A DNA stretch of 64,000 nucleotides from the human T2T-CHM13v2.0 reference genome, Homo sapiens. The translations under genes were made by a program, and so were the position numbers. Location of the stretch: NCBI RefSeq assembly GCF_009914755.1, contig NC_060936.1; one strand, given 5' to 3'. Positions 49,551 through 63,520 of the stretch are shown here, piece after piece (the stretch's first letter is position 1; every line of letters begins with the position of its first letter). The notes below the pieces were generated by a model, which was given only the letters and a program-made list of their open reading frames with translations, made no database searches and was not told where the DNA came from.

Positions 49551-50446
49551 AGCCTTGTAAAATTTAGAGTGAAAACCTCTCTTACTCTTTTCCAACCCCC
49601 AATTTTATTTTATTTTTATTTTTATTTTATTTTATTTTTATGTTTAATTTGTCATGCCTGAACCTACATGACATTCTGTACAATCTTAGCATGTCATGCT
49701 GGCTGAGTTGCTTAGTATGTGTTTGAATAAATTAATGACACAACTACTTTTCTAGAGAAAGCATTCTTATCTTTCTAGACTCTGCAGCCTGCAGTAGAGC
49801 TCGTTCACATAACAGTTCCTTGTGCCTTCTATGTGCAAGGCACTGTGTTAATATTATACAATGATGTCCCTGTCACTAGGGAACTAGAATATATGTTTAT
49901 ATTTCTCACCAGCTAATACCAACTTTATCAATATGTTTATATATAACTTTGATACAATAATTGATATGTCATAAATGAGTTGACATGAGCATGTCAAGGT
50001 GAGAAAAATTAATTCACACTCTGAGGATGTAAGAACATGTCATAAAGGAGATGACATTGGGCTCAGCCTTATTTCAGATTTCTACAAGTAAAGAATTGTC
50101 TTCTAGTTAGAAGGAATTATGAGCCAAGGTGCAGAAATCAGAAAAGTCCAGGATATTTCCTTTTCAACGTCCTTCTCATTAACTGTCTTTTTTTCAAATA
50201 ATAAGAGTTTTAATTTAACAGCCTTTGCCTCTTACATGATGAAAGTGATGGAAAACCATTTGGAGTCATCAGATTGTCTTCCCTTGAAGCTGTTGCAAGA
50301 TTCTTGAGTTTAGCAAACATTTATTGTCTACTCTTTGCAGAGATAGATAGAGTGGGGCTTCCCAAAAAACATATTTTTGGATACAGGTATATTAATGATG
50401 ATGCAGGAGATAAGAAGGTTATTTTAAGGATTTAAAACAAACACAG

Positions 50447-50762
50447 GCTGGGCACAGCAGCTCATGCCTGTAATCCTTGCACTTTGGGAAGCCAAGGTGG
50501 AAAGATTACTCGAGCCCAGGAGTTTGAGACCAGCCTGGGCAAACATAGTGAGATCCCTGTCTCTCAAAAAAGAATTTAAAAATTAGCTGGGTATGGTGAT
50601 GTATGCTTGTATTTTCAGCTACTCAGAAGGCTGAGGTAGGATTGCTTGAGCCCAGGAGGTTGAACCTGCAGTAAACTGTGATCACGCCACTGCACTCTAA
50701 CCTGGGCAACAGAACGAGACTATGTCTCTAAAAATAAATAAATAAATAAGTAAATAAATAAG
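50447..50762 (+). mobile_element. AluJ with (AAAT)n tail
   Basis: Full sense Alu. Confidence 0.93.
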
Positions 50763-50936
50763 CCACTTCCATATATATATCTGATTGTCCAAAATGTGCT
50801 TGGGACAGTTCTGGGTAACTGAAAGTTTTATTGTGGAGATTAATGTTAACAAGTATACAAGTATTTTTTCTTTTGCTTCTATATACCCCATCCCTACCAC
50901 ATAAAAAAAACCTTAAGAAGATAAACAATCTGTAAG

Positions 50937-51160
50937 CCAAGCTTGTCCAACCCCCGTCCTGCAGGCCGCGTGCAGCCCAGGATGGGTTTGGATGCAACCT
51001 GACACAAGTTTGTAAACTTTCTTAAAACATGAGGCTTTTTTGCGATTTTTTTTTTTAAGCTTACCAGCTATTGTTACTGTTTGTGTCTTTTATGTGTGGC
51101 CCAAGATGATTCTTCTTCCAGCACACCCCAGGGAAGCCAAAAGATTGGACACCCCTACTC
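50937..51160. mobile_element. MER30
   Basis: caagcttgtccaaccc...gcagcccaggatgg...cccagggaagccaaaagattggacacccct. Confidence 0.9.
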
Positions 51161-51231
51161 TAAGCACTAATGAATGCTCACATGCACAGACATATCCAAA
51201 ATTAGCCAGATACCATCTAAGACCCTTAAAA

Positions 51232-51574
<343 letters not shown>

Positions 51575-52011
51575 TAAATCCATATCCAATAATGATTTTC
51601 ATTAAAGAAGAAGAAAGTATCTTTGGAAACTGATTATGAAAACTTTTTAACAAAGCATGAGTAAAAGAAGCTTGAGGTTCTTACTTGAAAGCTTGTAATG
51701 AAGTTATTAAAGATAGTTATTAGTGAATTAGTCTTATTTTTATCCTCAAAAACAGAAATTTTGGGGGCGAGCATCTTCTCTCTGTTGACCTGCTTTGGGC
51801 CTCTTAATGGCCAAAACTCTAAGATCTTGAGATGAAATGTGGTTGAGCCGTAACGTGATGCTCCTGTCTTAGGATCTCCAATATCCTTCACTCATCCTTT
51901 GAGAGCTCATACCTTTAATATTTGGGGTAATTTAAAAATAAAGTTGGTAGACTAAAATATGGGGTAAATTGAATGAAACAGAGCATATGACTTTATTAAT
52001 GCCTGCATCTA

Positions 52012-52029
52012 GCTATCTATCTATCTTTC

Positions 52030-52081
<52 letters not shown>

Positions 52082-52083
52082 TC
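52012..52083. repeat. Compound microsatellite (CTAT)n/(TTTC)n
   Basis: Directly visible; about 13 uninterrupted TTTC units. Confidence 0.97.
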
Positions 52084-53299
52084 AAGTTATTTAGCTTTGA
52101 AAGTAAAGTTCTTTGATCAAGAAAAAGTTTGTTCTGGGAAAACTCCATTTTCAAGTATTCCTTAACTACTTGGGCTGAACTATGAAAATTTTTTCTATTT
52201 TCCCTTCCTGTTTTCAGAATAGTTACATAAGATAATCTTGCAAAAAAGTGAATGGAGGTCATATTTTAAACAATAAATGGGAAAAGTAATTATTTTACCT
52301 ATTTCAGATACCAGTTTTTGCTTTAAATGTCACAAATATTGCAGCACCTGGCTTTTTTTCAAAAGAGGACTGAGACACGGGGTTCTGCACTTATCAGTCA
52401 CTTAAGCTGGGATAATTAGCCACGTGTTAAAATTAAGTTTTCTAGTATAAATTGAAATTTTGACAAAGACGTAAAATATTATTATAAGTATAAATAACAG
52501 GTTAAAATAATTATGCCCTCATTAAAAAAAATTAATTTTTTCCTTTTTGTTCATACTTTTAGATTAATTTTTCCTATTTTAATGATCATTATTGGTTTGG
52601 CTATAGTGATTTTACTACATTTTTAAATTCAACTGCTTATTTCCCATTTTGTGCTCACATACATACACACACATTTAATTAAATCTCTTCTAAGCCTTTT
52701 GAGTTAATCTTATGGAACTTTGAACTACTTCAAACTAATTATCCTTCTACATCCAACTTGTTTTCATCCTGTACTTTACTTGCAAGAATATTCTTACTAT
52801 AACTTAGTTGGGCTGACCTGGATATGCAATATTATTTTTAGTTCCTTTTTGTTGTCCATGTTCACATGCTAGCAGTGCAGATTGTCCCAGTTAACCTCAT
52901 GTCCTTTCTCCCTGTGTATTATGATACTTTCCTAGGTAAAATTGTTTTTTTTATATTTACCTTGTATATTTTTCACTTGAAGTTTATTTTTATTATAATT
53001 AATCTAAATATCTCCACATTTGTCAATTCTAATACTTATTTTCTTTTTTTCCCTCTTTGAAATGATCCCATGTTTTCCTATCTTACCCTTTGTCATTTGC
53101 CTTTTATTTAAGCTATAACATTAAAAGTGATGAAAAAAATCACTAAGTTCAGTCTCCCACACCCATTTTTTGTTAAACTGTTAGTATTTCTTTTGATAAA
53201 TTTACTAAATCACAATCCAGTCCTTTTATGTAGCTCATTCTTTATAAAAGAATTAAAATCTTCTTCAGTAACATCTACTTAATACTAGTTATTCTTCTT

Positions 53300-54300
53300 A
53301 GAGCCATATATAAAGATATTTCTTCCTTTTATGTTGTAACCTGTTACATATTGGAGGAGTACTATCATATTCTTCATGTTTTTTTTTTCCAGGTTTAAAT
53401 ATATTTGGTTTATTTTGCTGTTCCTTTTATTTGTCATGGTTTCCAGACCTTTTGCTTTCCTATTTTTCCTTCTGTTTCCTGTAATTTGTAACACCAGAAG
53501 TGAATTTTTATTTTAGCAACCACATTTCATTACTGGATTGTAGGCAACTGAAGCCTAAGCTATTTTCACATATAATACCATTAAACAAAATGCCTCTTAG
53601 GCTGTACTTTTTCAGGTGCAATTGTATGTGTGTAGTTAATGCATTGAAAAAAAAACTAGAAATACTACATTTTATCTAATTAACTTTGGCTTATTCTGTT
53701 TTATAGAATTCTCAAAATCTCATTTAGTGATTCTGTATATTAGCACCTGATAAGAACAGCTTGTATTATCTGCAAATTAAGTATGCTGGATGTGTTTTGT
53801 ATCAGTTGTTAATAATTTATGTTGAGGAGCATAAGGCCAACTGTAGAAACCTCTAGAGATCTGTTAACCTGAACCTTTTATCAGCATTGTTTGTTGCTAT
53901 TCAACAATTATGATCCTTCATCTTTACTATTATCTTATTTTCATATCCACTTGAGAATCTCAAGGAAGACCCTGTCAGGTGTTTCTTGAAACTCTTAAGT
54001 TATAAAATATTTCTTCTATCAAAACAGTGACATAAAGATTATCTTGCTTTGTTGTTGTAAATCCCCGGTGGCTCCTAGAGATGAAACTACCTCTCTGTTA
54101 ATTCATTCTAAACATTTGCTAGGGATTAATCCCAAATTTACCAGAGATGCTTACATATTTAGGTTCTGTGACATTTTGGTTGAATTTTAAAATACTTTTA
54201 CTTTGCAAGATTTGCAAGTTTATTGTTTATTTTGTTTGTTTGGCCTTTGTTTTTTCTGTAGCTCTAACTTTGGGCCTAGCTTCCCTTATTTTTCTTACGT
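53300..54300 (-). mobile_element. Highly degraded CR1/L3-like LINE
   Basis: Faint motifs (ttgtattatctgcaaatt; ttcattctaaacatttgctagggatt). Confidence 0.35.
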
Positions 54301-57117
54301 CAACAGCCATTATTAAGAATAGAAGATATTTTTTAAAAAATACTGTTAGTCATTAGTGTTTAATTCTTTCAAAAAATACATCTAAGAGAACTGAAAGTGT
54401 ACAGTAATTAAAAGTACTGTTTTGAGACAAGTATATTTGGAAGATAGAGTCCATTTTTGAATGTCAATCTAATAGAAAAAGACATACGTCTTAAGAGCAG
54501 TTGGCTATGAATAAAATTTGAAGTCTCCATGAATTTTTTGATTATAGCTGAAATTCTTTTTTTAAAAAAACTATTCTAGACTTATTAGTAATGTAGCCGA
54601 AATTCTGATAAAATCTTGAAATTTAGTTCTGCTTTTAGGTGAAGGCTTTTCTATGCAGATTTGAAGAGGTAATAGGAATATAGAAATAAGGTTTTATCAT
54701 CAGATCATGTATATTAGGCAACAGGAAGAGAGGATAAAGTCATTCTCTTAGCAACAAAATATCCTAGCATTTCTTGGTTTGAAGCCCACTATGCTGTGTT
54801 CAATACTTACATCTCTTAATCAACAAACGTATATTGAACATAAATTGTTTGCCAAGCGAGACAGATTCAATCTCTGCCTTCTGAGTTTATGATCTAGTCA
54901 GAAAGACAAACAAGTAATTAAATAGGAATAAACATTTTAGGTGACATCTGAAGGGTTAGTAGAAGGTGAAGGATGCTAGTGGAGAAGGTTTATGGGGATG
55001 AGTTACATCATATGGAGTCCCTAAAGTATAATTTAATAGTTCCCTGAAACATTTTAGGCCATCACTTGATCTAGACTATTAATGCACTGTTGAATTAGAT
55101 TCTATAACATATTCTTCTTGTTTGAGGATCCATTGTTTACTCACAAGAGAGCTTTGGCTATGAGTTTTCTAGCTAAATCCTAGGATTATAGCTATAGCTT
55201 TTCTGGCATCTTAATGATCAAGGTTCTAAAACAGAAATCAATTAATGCCATATGCATAGGCATTTTATTATATCCCTGTTTTAGGACTTAGTATATTCTG
55301 TCAGTAGCAAATGTTCATAATGTGTGCAGATGATGTTTTCCTTATATGTTTAAAAATGAGCTCACGTGGTTTTTAGCTGATGTGTTAAAGGAGAACTCTA
55401 CTCAGAAGTGTGCTTCCAAGTATTCAGTCAGTTGGCCTTTGCTTTAAGTTGTTGCAACTCTGACCTCCCCAAAAGTTGGATCTTGAGGGAAGCAGAGGTG
55501 ATGCAATGCTTTCTCTGCCCCTCTACCTGTTTCTTTTCTCTCATTTTTTGGTGTCTTTAACATGAGAACATTTTTCTTGTGTCTCTCCATTTTCTAATTC
55601 ATATGTTCTTGAGTAAATCAGTAGATCTCTGAGAAACATGTTCTTCCTAACCAGGAGTCCCAAATTCCCACATCTTCATCCATGATCCAGTAAAAAATTT
55701 TCTTATCATCTGTGTAGCCACATTTTCATTTATTTATATCTTAATTTCTCTTCATATCTTCAGCTGTTGAAGAAGAGATGAAAGTACTGTCTGTGTTGGT
55801 GAAGTTTGTTTCTTGATGAGACTTGCACTCAAATATACCTGTTTTGTCCCTGTTTGCCAAGCACTGCGCTAAGAATCTGATAGTTTGCAAGACATAGCCC
55901 CTAACTTTATCATCTCTTATGATTATGCTGTTTTTTTTCCCTGCAGTGTCCTTTTTTTCCTACCTGGGTTATCAGTGATGAATAGCACTTGATGTAGGAG
56001 GATTGGATAAATTTGGTTAGATTTATCATTTCTTTTCGCAGGAAAACACAGCAGCAAGAAAGTGTATTTCTAAAAGATCCTGTTAGATTGCATTCAGCCA
56101 TTGCATTCAAGGAGTCACCAAATACTTTGAAACTCTTGCAGAACTTCCTGAGTGTGTTGTGTAATGTTAAGCTGCTTCTCCAGCTTTTGATTTTACCTCA
56201 ATAGGAAAAACATTATATGGAACCAGTATTTGAAATTCCTTTTTATTTCCTTTTTTTCCATTTATTCTTTCACTCATCAATATATAGACAGGGATTTTGA
56301 TTTCTGTACTGCCACTTTCAGAATTTTTTTTCTGGTTTCTTTCCTCCTTCCTAATGTGGAACCCATTTTCTTTTGCAAGTCACAACAAAGGCAGGAATGT
56401 TTTCAACCTTTTTACCTTGCTCTCAAGCAGGGAGGTAGTGTCTGCTTACAAAGATCATGTGTGAGATGAATTTGAGGTAATGGCTAAATAGCTAACGAGT
56501 AGCAAGCCTGTTAGTTAGAAGGTAGAACAATGAGTGAAAGAGGCAGATTTTAGAGACTTTTATATTCATTGTATTTGTTGGAGCCAAATAAAAATAGAAA
56601 AAAAGATTAAGGTTAGTAGCAACACTCACATTTAAGGAACAATAACCAACAAAAACGAAAGAGGAAGGGGTAGCTATGAAGATGTAAGGGTGCAAACAGA
56701 AGTACAAAGATACGAAAAACAAATAGCAAAATATTAAGAAAAACTTGTTTATAAATCATTAAAGTGCTATAGTAGAGGATAAGAAGAATGAGACCTTTTA
56801 GTTTTACACGAGCACATCAGCGGAAACTTTGGGATGAAGAGTTTTAAGTACAGTGGTGGTGTTTCTATTATCTCTTGTTGTGTTACAAAAAACAAAAACA
56901 AAACAAAAAAAACAAACAAACCCCAAAACTTAGAGAATTAAAACAATAATTACTTACTTGTTCATGACTGCAATTTAGCTGGGTAGTTTTACTAGTCTAT
57001 TAGAAGATTGTTAAATAGTCCAAGCCTACCTAAGACAATACTAATGGGAATCTGTAATTATATGTGGTAATACCTACAGTGTCTCTGAAGTTTGGAATCA
57101 AAATCAAACACATCCAC

Positions 57118-57304
57118 AGCAGTGTGTTGGTAAACTGACTCTCCAAGGTTAAAAAGATAAGATTTGTAGCATTTGCTGATATCTGTGGAGTGTAGATTCT
57201 CATCATAGTTCAGCTACCAACATGGAGTAACTGAACACAAAGTTTCAAAGGGATGCATGCAATTCACTCTCAGGAGCTAATATGAATTGGCCTAAGGCTC
57301 CAGT
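57118..57304. mobile_element. MER63A-like hAT relic
   Basis: cagtgtgttggtaaa...tttgtagcatttgctgat...agctaccaacatg...ggctccag. Confidence 0.6.
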
Positions 57305-57449
57305 AGCTTTCTCTGAAATATCACCATTATCTCTTGATTCAAGAAAGAATTTGAGGCAGCTTAATGAAATAAACACTTAATAAAATAGGATTAAATAAGT
57401 GGAGGAGGAATTTTATGTAAAAGGAAAATAAGAATAGGAAAGTAAAAGT

Positions 57450-57629
57450 AAGAATAAAGTTGGTAGTACATGAAATAAATGCCCATTATAAGGCTCTGAA
57501 CAGTTGCTATAGGTGAACTAAGGGTTTGGCCAAAACAAAGCTAAAAGAATCAAGAATAAAGTTAGTAGTGCATGAAATGATTGTCCATCATGAGGCTCTG
57601 AGCAATTGCTGTAGGTGAACTAAGGGTTT

Positions 57630-57632
<3 letters not shown>
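57450..57632. repeat. 102-bp-period tandem duplication
   Basis: aagaataaagtt(g/a)gtagt(a/g)catgaaat...taggtgaactaagggtttggc at 57450 and 57552. Confidence 0.92.
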
Positions 57633-58064
<432 letters not shown>

Positions 58065-58869
58065 TCAACATTATTGCAAAAGTAAGATGGCAATATTTTC
58101 ATGATGTTTCTTGAAACATTTTAAGGCAAGATGCTGATAGTGCCAAAACAATTCAGAAAAAATGTTATTTTCTCAGAGAAAAAAAAAAAGTAAAATTGGC
58201 AACTTGGGATCTGTAGTAGAAGGATTTGAAGTCATTGTTATGGAGTTTGTATCTTACTGGAAAAATACCTGGGAGCCCTGACTACTAGTATATTTAGGCT
58301 GTTTAGAAAGATGATTCCATCCATGTCATTAAGAGTTTGCAGACAAGGAAGCTAACAAAATATATCAAGATTCTAAGTGTGGGATAATTAGGGGCTCAAC
58401 CAGTGTCCTTTTTTAACTGGTAGGGGTGATCCATCTTTCATTTTTGACTGTGTATGCAGGTGTACTCCTTTCTCAGGCCTTCCAGTGTCAGCTTTATGGA
58501 TGGAGAGAATTCGACTAGGTACTTTCAGTGATGAATAAGATGTGATCTTTGTCTTCAACTTTCAATGTCTTGTCTTTCTATGAACCTTTTCTCATTCCTT
58601 TCTGCCCTTGTTATCCTTGACTGGTCTTATCCTGACAGTTCCCCTTGGCTTCTTGCCTTAAATGGAGATTTTTTTCTCCCATTATTTATTCCCCTTCACT
58701 GGTGATTGCTCAGGCAGCCCAACTTGAAAGTAGGGTAGGAAAGAGTTTAGGGCCACCAGAAAATGCTCAGAAGCCCCTGTTCTCATCACTCCTACTTCTG
58801 AGTTCTTCTCTTGTTCCTCTTGGGCACAGAGGTGCTGCTGTTAATTCCTCCCTGCCCACCTTTCCATAG

Positions 58870-58926
58870 AGTCCGTGCGTCCTGGTGCCTCCTACAAACG
58901 GCAGAATGAAGGAAATCCTGAAAGAG
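58870..58926 (+). CDS. PPHLN1: Periphilin-1 exon 6 (57 nt, phase 1-1 cassette): (K)SVRPGASYKRQNEGNPER
   Basis: Acceptor cctttccatag|, donor GAG|GTGAGT. In frame. Confidence 0.93.
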
Positions 58927-60053
58927 GTGAGTTTTGAGCTAGACTCTGATTTGGGATTGTGAAGGGGTGGGAGACTTGAACTGATAGCGGTTATGGAAAT
59001 GGGGAAAGTGTATAACTGCTCCATTAGTCTATTGTGAGAACCACAGTTAACAGTAGACCTAGGTACTAGGATTTGGGGGGCATTTGTGGGCTGGTATCTG
59101 GGCTAGCCATTCCTGGATGGGAATAGCCATTCTGTAGGAGGCTGAGATCTGTAGAATAGACAGGCCATTGGAAGATAGGACCTGACAACAGTAGGATCAA
59201 GTGATTTCTGTTTACTCTTTTTGTGTTCTTTCTTTTGCCATTTGTATCATTGTTTTCTTTATCCTTTGCTGCTTGCTTTCTGCTCCCATTGTTGCAACAG
59301 GGACATATGAATATATGTGGGTATATGATAAACCTCCTGCACCACCCTTCAGTGTTCCTTTGCTTTTGCACATGAAATTGGTTGATAACGACTTAAATTA
59401 GCCTTTGGGCAGCTAAAATCAGGAAAGGTCCAAGACTATACTTCGGGATGATATGTTTGTAAAGGAAACACTAAGCAAAAGATCAACAGCTGCTTGTGAC
59501 AGGTTTTTTTCCCCTCTGTGTCTAGCTGATAAGTGCTAAAGAATTGAGCCTGTAATTATGCCTTTAATAAGCATAATGTGCTATGCTGATTGGTCCAGTG
59601 CCTTGTCTCCTTTGAAGGGATTGCTTATCTGAATAGGATTGGGAGGTCATTGCATCTTAGGTATAGAAAAGTGAGGTTCATCTTTTTATCTGATTTTCGA
59701 GTGCCTACCCTTTTCTTGAAGGACTTGAGCTAAGTAGGCCACAGATATTTGGAAATGAATAAGCTATAGCACTTGTTCTTCTGGGAGCTTTTGGTGTAAT
59801 GGGATACACTGACACTATCACACTATGATGTGAAATTTGCCACATGCAATGGAAATACAATAAGGAATGACTTAAGTATATCATGTTCTTGGCCATTTGG
59901 GATACAGTAGTGGTGCTTTTGAGTTTTAAGGTCTACAAGAACTTTTAAAGTTGCTTAGGGTGAAAGCCTCTTGTAGTACCACAAGTTAAAAGACTCTAGG
60001 GCTGTATCGTTCTAAAGCTGTTGGAGCTTAAAAACTGGAATACTCAGCCTAGG

Positions 60054-60270
60054 GCAGGAGTCCTCAACCTCTGCACAATTGACATGTAAGGCCAGTTAAT
60101 TCTTTGTTGTTGGGGTGTCCCCCATAGCAGGACATTTGCCAGCATCCCTGTCTTCTACTAAATATATGCCAGTAGCCCTCTCCCACTTGTGACAGTCAAA
60201 AATATCTGCACATACTACCAAATGTCTGTGGAGGGGAGGTGCAAAATTGTCCTCAGTTAAGAACCACTGG
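60054..60270. mobile_element. MER20
   Basis: caggagtcctcaacctctgcacaattgacat...cagttaagaaccactg. Confidence 0.85.
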
Positions 60271-61385
60271 GCTAGAGAAAGTGTTTTGGGTCTGTAGGAC
60301 ATTAGAAAGGTGTTATTCACCACTTTCCTAGGTGGTTGGAAGTCTTTGAGCCTCCAGGACCTTATTTATCTATCTTGGCTGTGGCAGGAAGAGCTTAAGA
60401 GGCTTTTTGACTGAAGCTGGCTTTGCCTCAGTTTCAAAGTCGTTTTATCTCTGCTTTTGCTCTTGACTGCTTTGCTGTTAATCCACTGTCCAGTCTCGAC
60501 CAGCTTCTGTGTGACTCCAAATTTTATGCCACTTTCTCTTCTCATGTTATTAATTTTGTTAGTTTTTCTAGCAACAAAGGGCAGAGGATTATATATTTGG
60601 CACATATAGACAATTTAATGAAATGTTTTTCTGTAACAGCTCACTGTTATTAATTTTTAAGAGTATATTTAACTAAACCTATCTTTTAGGGAGTTATTGA
60701 ACCTGCTAAAGTACTATTGTTTAAATGTATTTTCTGGCTCAAGTTTCTATAAAAAATAATATACATACAGCACTATGTGAGTAAAGTGACTAAAGGTAAA
60801 GATTAGTGACTTTATCTCATACAGGTTTATTTTTAACCATTTAACAAATATTTGGGCATTCATTAATGCCAGGCACTGATTAGTGCTCTGAATTATAGCT
60901 TTCTAACTTTATGTTTAAAACTGTCTAAACATTTCAGGAATATCTGCTAAAGTTCCTATGTAGATCCTCTTGAGCTACCCCTTGATTAACTAGTTCTCCT
61001 CGGTATCTATATAATAACTACCTTTGTATTTTTATTGTGATATATCAAAAATTAGCATTTAGGAGCATGGAAGAAGTAGCATTCATGGTTTTAAAATATG
61101 TTTTGCCTTTCTTGAAGTCTCTGTGGCTCCATGTTTACTTACTAGCAGTGCTGTGGCCTAGACTGGCTTCTATGATATCCTTTGGTTCCAGGTTATTTCA
61201 GATTGTTGATGGTGCTTAGCCTCTGAGAGGTAGTTTTAGATATTAACCTATTTAATGTAATAATGTAATGAAAAGTTTTAGTACTAAAATAAGTGTATGA
61301 CCCCCTCATTAATTCCATTACAAAATTACTTTATCAAAAACAAATTAGCTAGAAAAAAAATTACATCTTATGTTTTCTTATATAG

Positions 61386-61465
61386 ATAAAGAGAGGCCTG
61401 TCCAGTCTTTGAAAACATCAAGAGATACTTCACCCTCAAGTGGTTCAGCAGTTTCTTCATCAAAG
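61386..61465 (+). CDS. PPHLN1: Periphilin-1 exon 7 (80 nt): (D)KERPVQSLKTSRDTSPSSGSAVSSSK; CDS continues beyond the window
   Basis: Acceptor ttttcttatatag|, donor AAG|GTTTGT. In frame. Confidence 0.95.
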
Positions 61466-61648
61466 GTTTGTTATATTTCTAAAATCAGTTTAAAGAAGAA
61501 TTACAAATTGAGATGGACTGACTAGTACAGATGCTTTTATTCTTTACTGTTATGCCAAGGGAGCTAATTTGCTGCATTTAAAAACTTAAATTTTTGGCTA
61601 GGTGTGGTGGCTCATGCCTGTAATCCCAGGACTTTGAGAGACTGAGAT

Positions 61649-62641
61649 TGTAGGGAAAAGAAAGAGAGATCAGACTATTACTGTGTCTTTGTAGAAAGGG
61701 AAGACATAAGAAACTCCATTTTGACCTGTACCCTGAACAGTTGCTTTGCCCTGAGATGCTGTTGATCTGTAACTTTGCCCCAACCTTGAGCTCACAAAAA
61801 CATGTGTTGTATGGAATCAAGGTTTAAGGGATCTAGGGCTGTGCAGGATGTGCCTTGTTAACAAAATATTTACAAGCAGTATGCGTGGTAAAAGTCATCG
61901 CCATTCTCTAGTCTCGATAAACCAGGGGCACAATGCACTGCGGAACGCCGCAGGGACCTCTGCCCTGGAAAGCCAGGTATTGTCCAAGGTTTCTCCCCAT
62001 GTGACAGTCTGAAATATGGCCTTGTGGGATGAGAATGACCTGACCATCCCCCAGCCCAACACCCGTAAAGGGTCTGTGCTGAGGTGGATTATTAAAAGAG
62101 GAAAGCCTCTTGCAGTTGAGATAGTGGAAGGCTACTGTCTCCTGCCTGCCCTGGGAACTGAATGTCTTGGTATAAAACCCGATTGTACATTTGTTCAGTT
62201 CTGAGATAGGAGAAAAACCACCCTATGGCAGGAGGCGAGACATGCTGGCGGCAATGCTGCTTTGTTATTCTTTACTCCACTGAGATGTTTGGGCGGAGAG
62301 AAACATAAATCTGGCCTACTTGCACATCCAGGCATAGTACCTCCCCTTGAACTTAATTGTGACACAGATTCCTTTGCTCACATGTTTTCTTGCTGACCTT
62401 CTCCCTATTATCACCCTGCTCTCCTACTGCATTCCTCTTGCTGAGATAGTGAAAATAATAATAAAAACTGAGGGAACTCAGAGACCGGTGCTGGTGCAGG
62501 TCCTTATTATGGTGAGCGTCGGTCCCCTGGGCCCACTTTTCTTTCTCTATACTTTGTCTCTGTGTCTTATTTCTTTTCTCAGTCTCTCGTCCCACCTGAC
62601 GAGATATACCCACAGGTGTGGAGGGGCAGGCCACCCCTTCA
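61649..62641 (+). mobile_element. HERV-K(HML-2) solo LTR, LTR5A/LTR5B type, 993 bp, sense to PPHLN1
   Basis: TGTAGGGAAAAGAAAGAGAGATCAG...GGGGCAGGCCACCCCTTCA. Perfect 6-bp TSD tgagat at 61643-61648 and 62642-62647. Confidence 0.97.
62460..62590 (+). terminator. LTR poly(A) signal AATAAA with downstream U/GU-rich tract
   Basis: AATAAA at 62460-62465, at the homologous LTR5 position before ACTGAGGGAACTCAGAG. U-rich tract at about 62537-62590. Confidence 0.6.
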
Positions 62642-62887
62642 TGAGATGGGAGAATTGCTTGAGGCCAGGAGTTCACAACTAGCCTTGGTAACGTAGCAAG
62701 ACTTTATTTTAAAAATTAAAAATTAGCCAGATGTGGTGGCATGCACCTGTAGTCCTAGCTATTCAGGAGGCTGAGGTGAGAGGATCACTTGAGCCCAGGA
62801 GGTTGAGCCAGCAGTGAGCTATGATTGCACCACTGCACTCTAGCCTGGGTGACAGAGCAAGATGCTGTCTCTGAAAAATAAAAACAG

Positions 62888-63520
<633 letters not shown>

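Larger units (their letters stand above)
61597..62885 (+). mobile_element. AluJ split by the LTR5 insertion
   Basis: Alu head at 61597-61648 resumes at 62648. Confidence 0.92.

Noticed and set aside
49980-49997. TTGACATG-AG-CATGTCAA palindrome as a p53 element
   Set aside because: The CATG cores are 2 bp apart rather than 6, and 8-bp arms are expected by chance.
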